Shown here: positions 62,541 to 64,000 of the stretch, one piece after another
How the letters are laid out: the number at the start of each line of letters is the position of its first letter
Position numbering within the stretch: position 1 is the stretch's first letter
Origin: Carcharhinus amblyrhynchos
Taxonomy: Eukaryota
DNA: 64,000 nucleotides
Assembly: GCA_965287045.1 (NCBI GenBank)
Contig: OZ336873.1
Location: forward strand, 55,986,001 to 56,050,000
Reading direction: 5' to 3'
The notes under the pieces: model-generated
The model's database searches: none
What the model was told of the DNA's origin: nothing
What the model saw: the letters and a program-made list of their open reading frames with translations, nothing else
Program-made: the position numbers and the translations under genes

Positions 62541-64000
62541 TTCTAATTAAAACAACGAATGATAAGTTTATTATAACAGGAAAATAAACTATATTACACG
62601 AAATAAAATGTCGGAAAAATTTCAATATAAATATCAGAAAATGATGCAACCTCGCATCATTCCTTTAAGCTAGCAATGCCCTTACAGATATATTGAGCAC
62701 CACAGATCCTAATTTAAACATAGCTGGACTTCAAATTTCTCGTACTTCCAATTGTACCATTAGAAGTTCATTTATAAAATAATATTCACAATAAACTGAT
62801 TTTACCGTTTTCCTTTCAGGAGAAAAAGGAGGTAGATATTGACCTTGTGACATTACAAAAGGTCTATAAGATAGCGCACTGGATCTGCAGCAATGAGACG
62901 GGATATAAGAGTGGACAGGCATGACACGTTAGCTTTAAAAAAAATCAATTCAAGTACGATGGACATTTTATTAAAGGAATATTTTGAAGTTCGGCTACAA
63001 ACTCCTGCACAAAGGAACGATCGTATCTCGATAAAAATCAAAATGATAATAGTTGTGATACAGTCAGTGAAGCACATAATTATTATACCTGGATACCTGG
63101 TAATACAGAAAACAATGTTTAGATCTTGACTTCATGCGATAGTGTAAGATGAATGACAGTGATTAACAACACGTCTTATATTCCTCCTCAATTTTTATTC
63201 CCATTAAACTATAATCCCAATCCCATTGAAATAAAACTTCGGAGAGATGTAAAAGGTGCTGCGAGTTGTCTATCACACTACCGCACAACGTCCAAATCGA
63301 CCCCCATCACATAGCAAGGTTTGAGAGCCATACTCCGCAGAGAAAACCGATTTCGCAATTTTCTTGCGGTAATTTCCATCACAGTTTGTCATGTTCCGGA
63401 CAGTTGTTTCCTGTGTGACCTGCTAAAGAAGCATAACATTTGATACTAGCAGTGGATTGAAATATCCACTTCCAAGTCCGCACTCTGATATCTCACCTAA
63501 CAGAGCAATTTTGAATGATAGGTCTAAACTGTAAGAGATATAAATTCATCCTGGGCGATGGTGCAACGCTCGCGATAGCGAATTGTTTTCGAATTTCGCC
63601 TGATTTGCTTTCCCACTTTCTTTCAATGAAAAAGAGTCAATCCGACCGAATTTAAAACGAGCCACCGATTTGTTTATATCCCGAAACTTGATACTATGCA
63701 AAACTAATTTCTATCTCTTGAGTGTGGACAGGGTTTGCTCTCAGGTGGAAGGAACATCACTGCCTAACACTAGCCTGAACTCCACACATGAAGAGGAGTC
63801 ACCAACTATTTAAGCAAGGTGTTTGCCGCGGCTGATTTCACCCTAACTGGATAAGAAAAAATAATGGGATCCTACTGCCCTACCCGCTGATCTTTTAGCA
63901 TAGCCCAAGTATGGAATGTAAGATCTCGCCACTTTCCACATACAACATTTGACAACAAGGCTATCAGTTATTGTGTTTTTTAAAACAAGAAACACAAATA

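Noticed and set aside
62700-64000. Possible 3' exons of a further paralogue at the window end
   Set aside because: I read the minus strand of the last ~750 bp and found no AYAxL/YSQ-type module, TM or Ig motif; the stretch remains unexplained unique sequence.

Overview
Repeat-rich vertebrate genomic DNA, most likely a shark/cartilaginous fish (inferred from HE1-type V-SINEs, Deu-domain SINEs, CR1 LINEs, a Rex1/Babar LINE and Penelope-like elements). The main content is a minus-strand tandem cluster of non-rearranging immunoglobulin-superfamily receptor genes. Gene B (43651->32807) can be assembled by hand as 8 phase-consistent GT-AG coding exons giving 386 aa: leader, compact V domain with a germline-joined J-like strand, C1-set domain, uncharged TM, and a cytoplasmic tail built from three duplicated tyrosine-motif exons. 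It looks like a SIRP-like/VJ-C1 inhibitory receptor. Gene A (leader 3289-3241, V exon 3055-2750) is a paralogue with about 53% V-domain identity that continues beyond the window start. A decayed third V copy lies at about 17.5-17.95 kb. Two cytoplasmic splice donors fall inside tyrosine motifs, so splicing versus read-through would decide whether an ITSM (TIYSQV) and an ITIM (IVYSQV) exist. Other points: fold-back Penelope elements with minimal hammerhead-ribozyme motifs, a young CR1 with an open RT frame, and an orphan CpG/CCAAT promoter-like region at 56.3-56.9 kb. Repeat boundaries are approximate and no database search was run.
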